A DNA stretch of 64,000 nucleotides from Moniliella sp. 'wahieum' (lineage: Eukaryota): contig RSEE01000080.1 in the NCBI GenBank assembly GCA_003971905.1, positions 248,001-312,000 on the forward strand. Reading direction: 5' to 3'. The number at the start of each line of letters is the position of its first letter. Position 1 is the first letter of the stretch. The translations under genes and the position numbers were made by a program. The notes below the pieces were generated by a model. That model was not told where the DNA came from. It did not search any database and saw nothing but the letters and a program-made list of their open reading frames with translations. Below, one piece after another: positions 39,042 through 52,709 of the stretch.

Positions 39042-40700
39042 ATGCGACTCGGTCCCAGCTACCAACAGAACGCAGGGCTACGTCGCTCCTTGCCCTGGCC
39101 CTCTTGGCCTTATCCGCCACCAGCGTTGCCCACGGTGCAGCGGTCTGGCCGGCGGACACCAGCCCGACGACCAGATACTGCGCTTGCGCCACCACCCCAA
39201 CCCTGTCAACCTAGCGCATGAGGCCCGCCGTCCGAGACCCGCCGACGCGGTCCCTGCCGGCGCAGCGGATACCGACCTGAGCAAACGTGATGCCTCGACG
39301 GTCATGTCCGGTGGCACAAAGCGAAGGAGAGGCGCACGGCGCCTTGTCGGTGCCTGCGGGAGCGTCGCTAAAAAGCCTTGGGTTGGGCCGAACAAGGAGA
39401 AATCCCAGTGTACTGGTCCCAGCGCTCGAGCAACAAGCGTGCCGAGCAGGCCTTTGTCATGATCCATGGCCGTCTGCGCAATGGAAACACGTACTGGCAG
39501 ACCATGGAAGATGCGTTAGTCAATGCCGTCAAGGACAACTACCCCGGGGCGAGCAACGACTCGATCGTCACCTCCCGCAGTTCTTCTCGACCAAGTTCAA
39601 CTCGGGCCAGTACAACGAACCCAGTTGGCATGGGGCGACGTGAACGCGTGGCAAGCTGGCGAGGTGGCGACCCATCCGGACGGCACGAAATCCTCTGGGT
39701 TTGATGTGTTGGATGCGTTTGTCAAAGAGTTTAGCGACCAGGACAAGTACCCCAACTTGAAAAACATCACCCTCGTCGGCCACGGTGGCGGTGGACAGCT
39801 AATGCAGCGGTACGCCGTCGTGGGAAACACGGCGCCGTCACATGTACATGTGCGCTACATTTACGGTGACCTTCCAGCTCTGTACTTTACCCAGGACCGG
39901 CCCAAGGTGGACAAGTCAATCGCGTCCAAAAAGTCTTGCCCCTGGTACGACTTTTGGCGGTATGGATTCAGCAACTTTACCGACGCTGTTCCGTCGGGTG
40001 GATTGACGCCCATCCAGTACTTTGCCCAGTACGTGCAGCGCGACGTGGTGTCCATGGTGGGGTACCAGGACACTGCCAACTCGGGTGACCAGTACTGCAT
40101 GGCGCAGTTGCAAGGCGGGAACAAACGGCGGGACCGCAACTTGGCCTACTGGAAGACATCAAACCTTGGCCCGTACCAACTTTGATTTGACCGGTTTGAT
40201 GCCGATTATGGCAACCTGCCCGACTGGAGCAACGTTTACCGGCCACTCGATCGCACACCGTCTCATTGTGATCGAACAAGCAGACCATGATGCTAACCTG
40301 GTATTCGGATCGGACGAGGGCCGCGCCGCACTGTTTCCTCTGGCGACCTGCCCACGGGATGGCGGCCTAAAGGCTGGAACGCCAAGGGCACCAACAAGTA
40401 TCATGTCACCTCGACCCATGCCGGCGATTCCTCCTCCTCCTCCTGGACTCCGACTCGGACTCCTCCTGACTCCTCCTCCGACTCCTCCTCGTCTACCGCA
40501 ACTAGCACCTCCTCTACATCAACCACAGCCCCGCGTGCGACTGCCTCCTCTCGTCCGACGGCGCACGCAATGTAGGTAGCCGTGGAGAAGTAGGTGACGA
40601 CGGAGCAGAGGCCTGGGACGAGTACCACCTCTGGATCGGTGGGACTCAAGATCCCCACACCCTTTTTGGCCTTGGTTCTTCTGGGTGCAGCCTGCTGTAA
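39042..40700 (+). CDS. Secreted/cell-surface alpha/beta-hydrolase-fold-like protein with Ser/Thr-rich tail
   Basis: Hydrophobic signal (SLLALALLALSATSVAHG), AFVMIHGRLRNG, WGDVNAWQAG, SGFDVLD, NITLVGHGGGGQLMQRYA, GDQYCMAQLQGGNKRRDRNL; hydrophobic C-terminus (FLALVLLGAA); boundaries approximate. Confidence 0.65.
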
Positions 40701-40858
40701 CACACGCATACGCCTCGTCGTACTTTGCCTCTGTCGTGACCGAGGACACTCGTTTGCTTTGCTTACCTCTGCTGTGTTTGCTGTTCTTCTTCTGGCCCCG
40801 TCCTTTTGTGGCAGATTGTTCATTCCCATCGTTCCCTTCTGCACCCCCTCTCGTTCTT

Positions 40859-43292
40859 CTACATTTGTGTGCCACTTTGATGCGTGCAAACCATAATATT
40901 CTGGAATAGTCTCATCGACACGGATGAGGGGTGCGAGTAAACCTGAGGGTATGTGCGAGGGAGCAAAACAGAAGGAAGTACGAGAGGGGATGTATCGGGC
41001 ACTGGAATGGGATGGGCTATGGGATGGGAAGAACCTTGAAGGTTTAAGGTGCGGGACGATGCATGATGTCGCAGACCGGCGTCTCGTATGAGCAAGGGTG
41101 TGTGCCCCTGGGGATCGATGCACGGGCCCACAGGTTCAATGTGGATGCATCGAGAATCGGGGATATAGCCGTTTGCAACTGCTTCCCGTAGTCGAGGAAA
41201 GTTAAAGAGGTGGTAATTCAACTGGTTGGGGATTGTAGGATGGCGAATCTCTTCCATCCACCTGGCACGCAGCGCCTGGACCAGAAGCAGCACGAACGAA
41301 TTGATCCACTTGCGACGCAAAATACCACTCTCCAATCCCCCTTTTCGTCACATGGTACGCGCCCCGGTCCGTCAAACACGTCTGACCACGACGATGGGTG
41401 CTAGGGTACATTCTCGCCACCCCTACCCCTTGTCCCATTTCGTTTTCATCCTCCCACACGAGTCAAGGGGGGGCAAGACATGCACACTGAGTGTTTTTGA
41501 GACACACAGCATCATCGGTCGCTTCCCTCCCCAGAGCAAACGCCCCTCACAAACATCCAGCCCAGTCCTACCCCACTCCGTTGTCCACTCCCGCATCGTG
41601 TCCTCGTACGGAGAATTACCCCAGATCGAGTACGGCTCCAAATCCGGCTCGGAAGTTCAGCAGGAGCAGCGTCTTTGGCTCTGGGCGTGGAGAGAATGTC
41701 GGCCTCGGTGGAGGAAGCAACGGAATCCATCATCTTCTCCATCTTCCCCTCTTTTCCATGGAGGGAAGAAGGAGGCGGCTGAGCCCCAAGTGCAGCCAAG
41801 CGCGTCCAGTATGCCCGGTAGTCCTGCATGACATGCAGCGTTGTTCCGCTCGAGGCAAGCATCGTTCCACTCGCTTCCTCCAGCTCGACCATGTTCCATC
41901 CACGACGGTACCGATAACGTCGAAGTACGTCCCAATGCATCTGCTTCCAGGGTTAGTACCGAACAAAGGAGGGTGCTATAAGGGATTGGAAACGTACACT
42001 GGGTGGGAGGGATCCTTGTGTGCCCTGCATCGGTGTCTGTTTCCCATCGTAGCACAGCTTCATCCACGGATTCCCCTCCGCATAGCGCGGGCAATGCGGG
42101 TCGGATGGCTTGTATCCCAGTCGCGCACGCTGGACCGGATCAAAGGGGAAGGGACCTTGCTCCAACGACCAGATCACTTCCCCCGTTTGCACGGTGAGCG
42201 CCAGAACGTCGGCACCATCTTGCTTCGGAACTCCGATCGTCCCCGGGTAGCCGTGGGGCAGGTTGCAGGCCACGACCAACATGCCACATGATGGGTCGAC
42301 GGGGAAAAGCCTTGACGCCCCTCAGGCCAAGATGGTCCAAAGCCAGGGTGTGGTGGCTGGTAGGGGTGTAATGGTGCAAGGCCAGGCGGGCTGAGCAGAT
42401 ACAAGTCTGGACCTACTTGCCGCACATGCGTCGGGTCGGAAGGGGAAGAATGGACATGCCGGGGACAGTAGCCCAAAGCCTTCGCCTCTCCTTTGGTACG
42501 TATCGATCTGGACGGATTCGTCCTGGTCTGTGGGCATCATCAGATCTCGGGTTAGCCGTCACATATTTCTTCGATGGACCTCAGGGATTCGTCAGAGAAA
42601 AAGACTCTGGGGAGAAGACCTACCATCCTCTTGGTCTGCGGGAACCCGAGGCGGATGGATGACAGCCAGCCATCCGTGGCCATACTCCAGTGGCAATGGG
42701 GGGGGACAAGGGGGGAGGAGCAGCCCAGACGGTGCGGCCGGTGTGGGTTTGGAGCTCCATTCCGCCCTCCTCAAAGCTGAGGAGGAGGAGACCATCGGCG
42801 TTTCGTACGCAGCTGGGGTGCGGGGAAACGGGAGGTGTCGGATGGAGGGACGGAGGGGCAAGCAGGGCGTGTCGACGAGCTGCTGGTCAATGAGGGCGTG
42901 GAGCTGGACAAAGCGGCGCCAACTGCTGTGGGCAAGCTGGTGCATCGCCGGGTCGCTCTTGCATCCGCGGGGCGGCGCAGACGCATGGCCTCCGTCAAGG
43001 ACACGGCGGGTGTGGGGAGGTAGCGGCGGGCGAGGCGGCGCCAGAGGTACTCTTGCTGTGCATATGCGCGCCAGAGCACGCTGACTTGGGCGACGGCCAT
43101 CAGGTCGTGCATGCCAAGCGAGGCGAGCATGTCCAGGGCCACTTCGCATGGGACCGCGAGCAGCGGGTCGCGGAGGGAGGGGGTGGGGGTGGGGGGGCCA
43201 TTGGTGTCGATGCGGCGCGGGTGGGGTGGGGGTGGGGGGGACGTGCGCCGAGGCGGGGGGCTGGGGCTCTTAAAGCACCTGCCGTCATGCAT
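40859..43292 (-). CDS. F-box protein, probable C-terminal beta-propeller
   Basis: F-box RDPLLAVPCEVALDMLASLGMHDLMAVAQVSVLWRAYAQQEYLWR; downstream fragments in several frames; 3' end approximate. Confidence 0.7.
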
Positions 43293-44329
43293 ATGAGGCG
43301 TGCGGATGCTTAACGACGCACGCTACTCTAACTCGCCCCCGCGGCTGGAGACGCGACGAGGGGGGGGCACTGCGCCGCTGTCTCTCGGCGTCCGCCACCG
43401 GCTGGCAGCTGTTGCGGTCTGGGGTCCGCTGATCACGCATCGCGCCTGCGTCCATGCTCCACTGACCTGGACACGCATATGCATCCTTGTGGCTCAGCCG
43501 AGCGTCCGCATGCGGCGTCTGGCGCTGTCGAGTCATCGATCATCGATGCCATCGCCTGTCGCATCCGCAGCAACCCGCCCGCAGCAGCCGCAGCACTCCA
43601 GCACGGCGGCCGTCTGCCTGCGACCCGAGCATATCTGCGTTTCTGTGCCACATAGCTAACACACTTGGCTTATAAAGCGCCAGGTCCAGCTGCCCCCCAA
43701 CCCAAACACTTCCGCCCCCCACCGGATCAGCTGAGCAGCCCCTCCCTCGGCCCTGCGGGTACTTGCACCGATCTCCCTTGAAGCTTGAAGCTGGAAGCGC
43801 TCCCGCCCTCTACTCAGCACTGCAGTCTAGCGTAGCCCACTTTTGTTCAAAGACACGCCCACCGGGCACAACAAATTCGGCGGCTCAGCGCCATATCAGC
43901 ACTCTCAGATCACAGGCGTTGCCGCGTACCCCGTCCTTACCTCCCCCCAGTACCCCGGTAGCCGCCCTCAGGCCTCACAACTCGTCTCCCGATCCACAGC
44001 AGACTCCTGCTTTGTTGGGACTCGGCGCTGGCTGAGATCTCAGGCTGAGATGCTTGATTCATGATTTGCACGAATCTCCTCCGCGTATATAAAGCAGCGC
44101 TTCTCTCAGCTCACCTCTCCACACCGTCACCAAACCCAGCAGCCACATGTAATCTCTCTCCCCCTACCTCCATCTCCTTGGCCCTGCTGTGCACCCAGTC
44201 TCTCACTCTCATAGCCCCAGAGGTATCCTACCCTCAGAACCTGACTCATCCACATCCATCCTGATGTCACCCCCACCGCCACTCCTCGGAGATGGTGCAC
44301 AGACCACGAAGAACACAGCATTAAACGAG

Positions 44330-46190
44330 ACTACTGGGGGGACACGCTTAGTATAGTAGAAGGCGTGTTTAACCACCTCGAGAACAAAACCTGTTGACAG
44401 CTCTCACATGCAAGCAAGCCTAAAACCCACATGTGTTTGACGGCATCTTTTGTCCCCGTGACATGTTGCAGCCATCCTATACTCACTTCTCCGTCTACGG
44501 CTGTAGTAACTAGACGAGACCGCACCGCCCGTGTTCCTCTCTCCGCTCTATATCCACAGTGTCATGGAGAACCTGATATAGGCGCAGAGAACATAACCCA
44601 CCCATATTGCCGCCATTTCTCTCATCTCTGAAGTTCCACCTGAAATCCTGCGGAAGCGAACCCCGGGCCACAAAAGGAAACACGTCATGTCACCGTCGGC
44701 GCACAACTTGCCGTGTCCCCGTGTATAACACAAATGAAGAGGGCGGCAGCTTGAGAGCCCATTCTACAACCATTTTTCACGCTGCCGAGCTCCATCGGTA
44801 GGAAGCAGGAATACATGCTTTTAATGGCCCGGGATTGTATCAAAGTGGAGGAAGCGATCTAACGGAAAAACGTTTATAAGCGTACAGACTACAGTTGTGT
44901 ATATAGTTGGGAAACTCGGTGCTGACAGTAGATGGACATGAAAGGATGGACATGGATCCCGTTTTGAGGAGCTACGGGCAAATGAAAGGACTGTCATGCA
45001 TTCAGAAAGGTGTAGAATGCCTTGGGGAAGTCATGTTTCCGGAACAGTGAGGGGAGGTGCTGTTACGACTCCGCCTTTGCCAGTGGAATGGGAGAAAAGA
45101 GGGCGAAGTACAATAAGCGTGGCACATCCAAGATCTGTTTCGGCCTCTGTGACAATGGCGGTGGGTGGATACAATGCCACCATCAAACCCGCGAAAACTA
45201 TGGAGATGAAAAGAGAGGCTGGTGGAAACGGCCACATCACAAACACACGTCATCTACCACTGGCATACGTTCTTTCCTATACATTTGCGCTATATCCAAT
45301 TTGGTTGTGACCATCAGTAATAGCGGGGGCCGTTCTACCTTCTGTCATAGATGCCATTGACCTCCCAATTGAGTGGGCACGAACTGCAGTAAACACTAGA
45401 TGAGCACGCCTTTAGTGGGCCAATTCACCTAATAACATTTGGCCCCTCTTCTATGCAATGAGTTGGGTTAGTAGATTTTTGGACAAGAAGGGCGGGCTGT
45501 TTCAGGGTAGAGACTAACTTAGGATCATTAATGGAGTTTCCGGCAATCTTTCACAAAGGGAAAGATGGTTACCACCGGCTGTGTACTACGCTTGTGTCCT
45601 TGTCCCAGCCTTAAGCTCTGTCAATGATAGAGTACCTCCTTCTACTAAATGTATTTTCCGTGAACAAGAGAATAGTGGCTGTATTATTTTCTGCATTAGT
45701 AGTCAGCTCTTTCTCCTGGTCCCAGCCTGGAGCTAGGAATCAAAATGTAATAGACAACGTGCATCCCCTCGTCGTGCCAATGGTATACGCGCATTCTACC
45801 AACCGCGGTATATAGATCCAAGAACAACCTCGAGAACTCCCGCTGAGAGAGCTTATAGTTGTTTCTATACTTTTCAAATAATTTTTGTGTTCGCGAGAGA
45901 ACGCGCATACCAGAAGATAGATGTATCCCCTGGGGCTTGCTGCTGAGTGCTGCGGACCTTGGGCGCAGCTCACCACAGCTTTCAACACGGCAGCTTCATG
46001 ACCGCCATGGACCATCAGTGTCATATGCACCAGACCCGCATCGTGGGGATCGCGAGTATACGGGCTTTCTGCCTCATTGCCATCTGTAAGATGGCTATCT
46101 GCCCTCTCTACCTTGCTTAGTCCGCATTGCTTTGAACATTTGGGTGTCAGGAATTTCTTCGAGCGGAATGAAAGAAGCACAGGGGCAGTG
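44330..46190 (+). mobile_element. Degenerate L1-like non-LTR retrotransposon remnant (ORF1 knuckle plus AP-endonuclease)
   Basis: AT-richer and stop-riddled; FCHRCH*PPN*VGTNC (decayed CCHC, ~45340-45390); KRIVAVLF..GAR..LVVPMVYAHS and GDREY resemble the APE motifs GVAILF / NVYAP / IDRIY. Confidence 0.4.
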
Positions 46191-46298
46191 CGCGCTCAAG
46201 TTGAAATGTTGCGGGCTATCATCAGGGCTGCGACTGACTCGAACGTTCTTGTCCGCTGCCCCTCCCCGCGGCCTCAACCACCACCACCCACTGCTAAC

Positions 46299-47902
46299 AT
46301 GAGCACGCCCGCTGCGCCCGCACCTGAGACGGTGCTCTCCTGGCTGGACAAGCAGGATCCATCCCTGACTCGCGCACGCTCTTCCCTGGCCCTCGTCCGA
46401 GGACAAGACGGGCCAATGGTCCGAGGAGGCCTTCCGGGCCAATGCGGCTTGGCAGCTCGGCCTGCAGAGTGTCCTGACAGCCTCGGCAGCCGCGATATGA
46501 TCGTGTACACTGTCAAGGACGAACTCCGCTATGCTCTTACTCCAGAAAGCGCTGCCATTGTTCAGAACGGTTCCCCTGAGGCCGGGTATGGGAGGCGTTG
46601 CCTGCTGATGGCTCGGGAAAGGCGTTGGACGCACTGCGCCAAGTCCTGCCCGCCGACACGCTCAAGATTGGCCAGGGCCAGGGGTTCCGCAAAAAGTGGA
46701 TCAAGAAGTTGCCTGACGGCATGTTTGCCCGGGCGGTGGATGCGATTCAGGACACCTCCCGCACCGAGTTGGCCGAGATTGCTCGGACGGGTCGTGCGCC
46801 TGGCGGGATGAGAAGAAGGTAGCCGACCTGCGGAAGCGTAAGCTGCTGGATGTGCGCAAGCTTGTTTACTTCTCGATCCAGAAAGGGCCCCGAGTTTGCG
46901 CTCACCATCGAGCAGCTCGAGACTGAGATCACGACTGAGATGCTTCGAGCGGCGCATGGAAGACGGCCAAATTCAAGGCGTACAACTTTGAGGCCGATGG
47001 CACGTACCGCCGCGGGTGCCTTCCACCCGCTGCTCAAGGTCCGCGAGGAGTTCCGCAAGATCTTCTTTGAGATGGGCTTCACAGAGATGCCGACGAACCG
47101 GTTCGTCGAGTCCTCTTTCTGTGCTTCGACTCGCTCTTCGTTGCTCAACAACACCCTGCTCGCGACGTGCAGGACACCTTCTTTGTCAAAGGTGCGTATT
47201 CCCGACCATATTTTTCTGTGTGAGACTACACCGGGAGGAAACTGACCAAGGCCCCAGACCCGCCCCAATCGACCCACATCCCCGAGGCGTACCTCCAGCG
47301 GGTGAAGGATGTGCACGAGGAGGGAGGCTATGGCTCGATCGGATACCGCTACCCTTTCAGCGAGTCTGTGACGCGGAAGAATGTGCTGCGGACCCACACC
47401 ACCGCCATCTCCTCGGGCATGTGTACCGGTGGCCAACCAAGAGGGGGGCTTTAAGCCGGCGAAGATGTTCTCGATTGACCGCGTGTTCCGCAACGAGGCA
47501 CTGGATGCCACCCACCTTGCCGAGTTCCACCAGGTGGAAGGTGTGGTGGCCGACTATGGCATCACGCTCGGCGACCTGATTGGCTTTATGCAGATCTTCT
47601 TTGCCAATGGGCGTGACGGACCTGCGCTTCAAGCCGGCCTACAACCCCTACACCGAGCCGTCGCTTGAGATCTTCTCTTACCACAAGGGGCTCAAGAAAT
47701 GGGTCGAGATTGGCAACTCGGGCATGTTCCGGCCAGAGATGCTGGGGCCGATGGGCCTGCCCGAGGGGGTCAATGTGCTCGGCTGGGGCTGTCGTTGGAG
47801 CGCCCGACCATGATCCGGTACGGCCTCAACAACATCCGGGACTTGGTCGGACACAAGATCTCGATTGAAGGCGTGGGAAGGCGTCGGCGGTGCGTTTTCT
47901 AG
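46299..47902 (+). CDS. FRS2: Cytosolic phenylalanyl-tRNA synthetase alpha subunit
   Basis: [121 protein letters not shown]; intron near 47192-47260. Confidence 0.96.
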
Positions 47903-48147
47903 CTGTCGGGGGGCGAGGGGTGTGGCTGCTGCTGGAGCGCCCCCATCCAATTGATCGATGATTTAGCCATGACGAATGAAGCAATCAATCAATAGCAGAG
48001 CGGGCGTGCGCAGGCGTGCTCCGATCCGTAGCCACACGCAGGCGGAAGTGCTGACGTGGAATTCCGCCCCCTCGCGGCCGCTGGCTGTCTCCCCGCGCTG
48101 CTCCACCTTGGCCGCCGACGACAACGACGACGGGGCCGGCCTTCCCG

Positions 48148-50990
48148 ATGCTCAGCTCGCGGCCCAACTTGCCAGCCCGGCGCAAGCCCACGCGTGGCGC
48201 GTCGGTAATCGACGAGGACAACTGGTGCACCGCGCTCACCTTTGGCGATGGATACAACCCCAGCGCGCTGATGGAGACGCTGACCGGCCGTCTGTCGAGG
48301 CGGCGCGGTCCGAGCGCGGGTCGGCGCCGACGGGAGAGCAGGTGCCGTTCAATGCCAAGCCGTTTATCGCCGCCTTTGAGGCAGCCCAAGCCCAGCTGCG
48401 CACCCTCCGCACCGATGTTGACCGCGACACGGCCGAGCTGGCCGCGAGTGCGGAGGTGGCCAACAACCAGTACTCAGCCCGCCTCTCTGAGCTCGGTCGT
48501 AACTTCGATGCGGTGGGGACCAGCTTTGGGGCTCTGGAGGAACGCATCAGCGACGTGTCCCGCGTCAGCGTGCGTGTTGGCGAACAGTTGGCCAGCTTGG
48601 ATCGCCAGCGTCGCCGCGCCACCGAGGCCCACGCCTTGATCCGCTACTACTACCAGTTTGCCCAAGGCGACAGCACCCAGCTCGATGCGCTCCGCAAAGA
48701 CGGCGGCAAGGACGGTCGGCTGCGAACGGCCGTGATTGCTCGCCGCCTCCAGGCCATCTCGCGCGAGATCGATTGCCCGGGGCGGAGAAGACGCGGGACG
48801 CGATTGATGTGTACTGCGAGCGGTTTGAGCGCGATATGCTGCGCATCTTTGACAAGTACTATCGCCGCTCCGACCCACGCATGATGGCCCACATTGCCCG
48901 TGTGCTGCAGAACTTAATGGTGGTCACAGCGCCATCAACCTTATGTGAACCAGCACGATTTCTTCATCAATACAGAGCAGATCCGCGACATGAACCGGGT
49001 GTCCGCTTCCCCCATTTGGGCCACCATCACCGATCCCTCCGCTCCGGCACCCAGAACGACCCATCCCTTGATCTACTGCTGGACGAGATTCGCAAGACGG
49101 TGGACATGGAGGCACAGATCATCGCTGCCGTCTTCCCCAGCCCAGGGGTAGTAATGCAAACGTTCCTCCAGCGCGTCTTTGCCCAATGCATTCAAGGCCA
49201 CGTCGAGCTTCTCCTCGAACGTGCGCAGGAATCCACCCCCTCCGAATCCGACGTCACTGGCTCTTCTCATTCTGATTTGGCTGTCCTTCGTGTGCTCCAG
49301 CTCGCGCGCGATAAGGTGCTGGAACTGGTCGAGGCACTAAAGCAGTACGATGCCAAAGCCGAGACCGTACCGGAGACGTCGGGCCTGGATTCGAGCATGG
49401 GGAGAATGGGGGCAACATGGGCGCAGCGACAGCGCGCAGTGCCACTCTCAGTACCATGCTCGACTCGAGTGCGGAGGAATGTTTGTCACGTATCTCGAGG
49501 GCAGCTCGTACGTTGACCGCGAGCAGAGGAGTTTGGTCGACCTTACAGCTCGGCCCTGGAGAGGTTTGCTGAAGCCATCGCGCGCTAGGCCAAGAGCCGA
49601 CAGGCCGGTGGCTTGCTGGGGCGCGTACGAGGGGCGACAGGCATGCCGGCGATTGGTGCAAGCGCAGGTAAAAATGTGGGTAGCGCCTTCTCCAAGTTAC
49701 AGGGTTCATGAATATGCGCACACCAGTGCGAGCCCAGCTCCGGGGACTCCCCCACTCCAGAGGAAGCCTCGACGGCCGCCACTGTGACCTCGGAGGACAC
49801 TGCTGTCACTGCCGACGAATCGCTCTTGAATATGGAACAGGCGGCGCGGATGTTGCAGTGGCACGCAGAGGCGATTGGACGATGTGTCGATTTGAGCCCC
49901 GCTGCCGACGTGCCCAAGAATGTGTTTGCTCTTGTTCAGGTTTTGGCGGAATACTTCAACAACCATTGGGTTGAGGTCTCCCTGGAGAGTGCCCTCCTCT
50001 CTGTCTCGGCTATCGCAACCGGTAGTACGTCGGACCTGTTAAGCAATGTGGCGGGGGACACATTTGTCGCTGCACTCGAGGTGCTGCACCAGGTGGAGCT
50101 GATCTGCTCCCTGTGGCAACATTACATTGCCACAGCCATCCTCCCTCTCGTCACTACCTCTATGACGGTTCGCAGGGAGGTGGCAGTGTTCAATCACCAC
50201 AACCGCCTACGAATCGAGGGCAAGTGCGAGAACTCACCCAGAAGCTAGTCGACAGTACGTCCTACTCGCCCCCCCCTTTCCTCCAGGCTGTGCTGACCCC
50301 CCTCCCCTCCCCTCCCCTCCCGCCCACTTCCTTTCCCACTACAGCATCATCATTGCTCTGCATGCACGCTTATCGCAACTGCAGAAGAAAACCGATTTTA
50401 ACCCCAAGAACGATGACATTGTGTTTAGCAAGAGCAACACGGATGCCTGTGTGGCGTGTGTGGAACTGCTGGAGCGTTTGGAGGAGCATTTAAACATGCC
50501 TCGCACCGGCCAACCACGACGCTGGCAGCTGAGGTGGGGTCGTATTCCATGCCCCTGCTGGAGCATCTCAAGAAATACCCTGTCAGTGCGGCTGGCGGCC
50601 TTGTGTTCTGGGCAAAGACCTGGCCAAGTACCAAGATGCGGTGGCCAAGTTTGGCATCGCTGCGTTGGGGGAACGATTTGAGATGCTGCGCCAGTTGGGC
50701 AACCTGTTCATTGTCCAGCCTGCCTCGCTGGCTCAGTACATGCAGGAGTCCCACCTTGCCTCCATCGACCGCCGCTGCTGCGGCCGTACCTGCTGAAGCG
50801 CACCGACTACTCGGCGGTCAAGGAGCTGGCCTCGGCGCCCTATCATCCCGCCTGTCGGCCGTGGCAGCGCCCGTTGGCGACAGCTACGTCGAGCCGGGAA
50901 CGGCTACGGCCACTCGCACCTCCTCCTCTACTTGGCGGACACCATTCGTCGCCTGGAGGAGCAGGCTCGTGTCGCCCTGCGGCAGTGTAG
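48148..50990 (+). CDS. SEC10: Exocyst complex component Sec10
   Basis: PFNAKPFIAAFEAA, SVRVGEQLASLDRQRRRA, LRKDGGKDGRLRTAVIARRL, YCERFERDMLRIFDKYYRRSDPRMMAHIARVL, VMQTFLQRVFAQ, WHAEAIGRC, QKKTDFNPKNDD, LLEHLKKYPVSAAGGL; intron ~50256-50344. Confidence 0.9.
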
Positions 50991-51306
50991 GACGTTTGGT
51001 GTATGTTTGTACCTCTAACCCTGGACAAGGGCGGCGGTACTACTGTAGTGTGCTCGGTAGGTGAAAGAGGGCGGGGCCCGGGATGCTCAGCTCAGTTGCT
51101 GTGGAAATCTCCTAACCCTCCCAGTGGTGTGAGAGGTTTTGGGAAGGCAGACAATGGGTCTCCATTAGGGATTTCGGAGTAAGAGCCGCTAACCCAAATC
51201 TTATGGGAGGACAGAGTTGCTGAGCGGACCGGTGGAGCAGAGTGCTTCAATGCCGTATTCAAGCATCCAGGTCCCTTTAGATAGGTAAGGGGCACCTCAC
51301 AACCAG

Positions 51307-51394
51307 TCCTCGATGGTCCAACGGCTATGATGTGACGCTCTCACGCGGCTTGCGCGGAACCGTCAAGACCCGGGTTCGACTCCCGGTCGGGGAA
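51307..51394 (+). tRNA. tRNA-Glu(CTC) with 16-nt intron (51344-51359)
   Basis: Acceptor TCCTCGA/TCGGGGA, anticodon stem TGACG/CGTCA around CT-CTC-A, T-arm CCGGG-TTCGACT-CCCGG, T-run terminator. Confidence 0.92.
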
Positions 51395-51533
51395 TATTTT
51401 TTGCCTCGGGTGCTGGGCGCGGGTGGGGACACTCACCAGCCGGTGCAACACGCAGAATTACAAATTTCATCGGTGCTGCGGCCAAGCTGTGGCTGGCTGC
51501 GGCTGCTGGGCGCAGCCAACAACCGCCTCCACC

Positions 51534-52541
51534 ATGTCGGGCGTTGGACCTGGGCCGGAGCCCCATGTGGGTGCTGGCGTGTCGACGGATGTGCGGCGCC
51601 GCGCCCGGCTCGACACGGGCCGGATGGCGCGTACCGCCGCCCGGGCGTGCCGCTGCCGCCTGCCGCTGCCGCCGCCAACACGCAAGGCCTTCCGCGCGGG
51701 AAGAACCCGCTTCCCTCCGCGCGGCCGCCGTCGCGGCCGAAGCACGCCAAGACACGCTCGACCAGGCTTCCGAGCAGACGCTGCGCACCGTCGATGCACA
51801 CATCGAGACGCTCGTCGACAGCATGGGCGCGCTGGTGCAGCTGACAAGTGTACGCCGCCCCTCCGACTCGTCGGCCACCCCCCACTGACCTTCTCGTTCG
51901 TTGTTGCAGGTGGGCGACAAGGCGGACCATCTGGTCCTGGAGGACAATCTCGCCATGGCCGCCAAGGCCGACGCGATGGTCCTGCGGCGACGTCCTTGGT
52001 GTCCCTCAGCCGCGCGCTGAGTGTGTCCCTCTGCCTGGCCCCGGCGCCCCCGCCTCGAGGCAGCCCCCGCGGCCACGGCGCCGCCACGCCTTCTGCTCCA
52101 GAGCCTGCTGCCGCCTCGGGCACTGCCCCTGCGCCAAGCACCACACCACCGGCCCCGCGGCCGCGCCGGCACCCGTCTGCGCCTCCGCCTGCGCCCCTCG
52201 GGCCCCGGGCCCAAGCCCAGTGGACGAGCGGGTGGCGCTGCTGGCGTCGCTCATCGCAGCGCGGCGCGAGGCGGCTGGGTACATTGATCTCCTCCCGTGC
52301 CGCTGCACGCCCTCCGCCCAGCGACACGCCGGCTGCTGCCTTGGATGCATCCGCGCCCCGGCAGCCTGAGGCGCGCTCAGCTACCGAGAGCGATGAGATG
52401 CCGGCACAGCGCCCCCCAAACGAGGTTGACCACCAGCTGAATGGCACCCAAGGCGGAAGCGAGGGTGCCCAAGACGGGAGCGAGGGTGGTGGAGTACCAA
52501 CTTATGGGGTTAGCCCCGCCTTGGGCCAACCAACGGCGTGA
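51534..52541 (+). CDS. MED22: Mediator head subunit Med22 (Srb6/SURF5)-like with Pro/Ala-rich tail
   Basis: RTVDAHIETLVDSMGALVQLT/GDKADHLVLEDNLAMAAKADAMV/AATSLVSLSRALSVSLCL matches the fungal Med22 helical pattern; intron ~51849-51910. Confidence 0.6.
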   Translation: MSGVGPGPEPHVGAGVSTDVRRRARLDTGRMARTAARACRCRLPLPPPTRKAFRAGRTRFPPRGRRRGRSTPRHARPGFRADAAHRRCTHRDARRQHGRAGAADKCTPPLRLVGHPPLTFSFVVAGGRQGGPSGPGGQSRHGRQGRRDGPAATSLVSLSRALSVSLCLAPAPPPRGSPRGHGAATPSAPEPAAASGTAPAPSTTPPAPRPRRHPSAPPPAPLGPRAQAQWTSGWRCWRRSSQRGARRLGTLISSRAAARPPPSDTPAAALDASAPRQPEARSATESDEMPAQRPPNEVDHQLNGTQGGSEGAQDGSEGGGVPTYGVSPALGQPTA

Positions 52542-52709
52542 GAGAACACACTGAAATACACGCCCTTGTTTGCGCGCCCGTGCCTTGTTCCCGCCGTCCC
52601 CCAGGTCGCTGGGGTTTTCTTATGCCCCCTTCCCCCCCCCAGGCTCTGACCATTTTGAGCCTTGCCATCTTGTATTCTCCTCTCATTCTTACGCTGTGGG
52701 AATCCTGTA

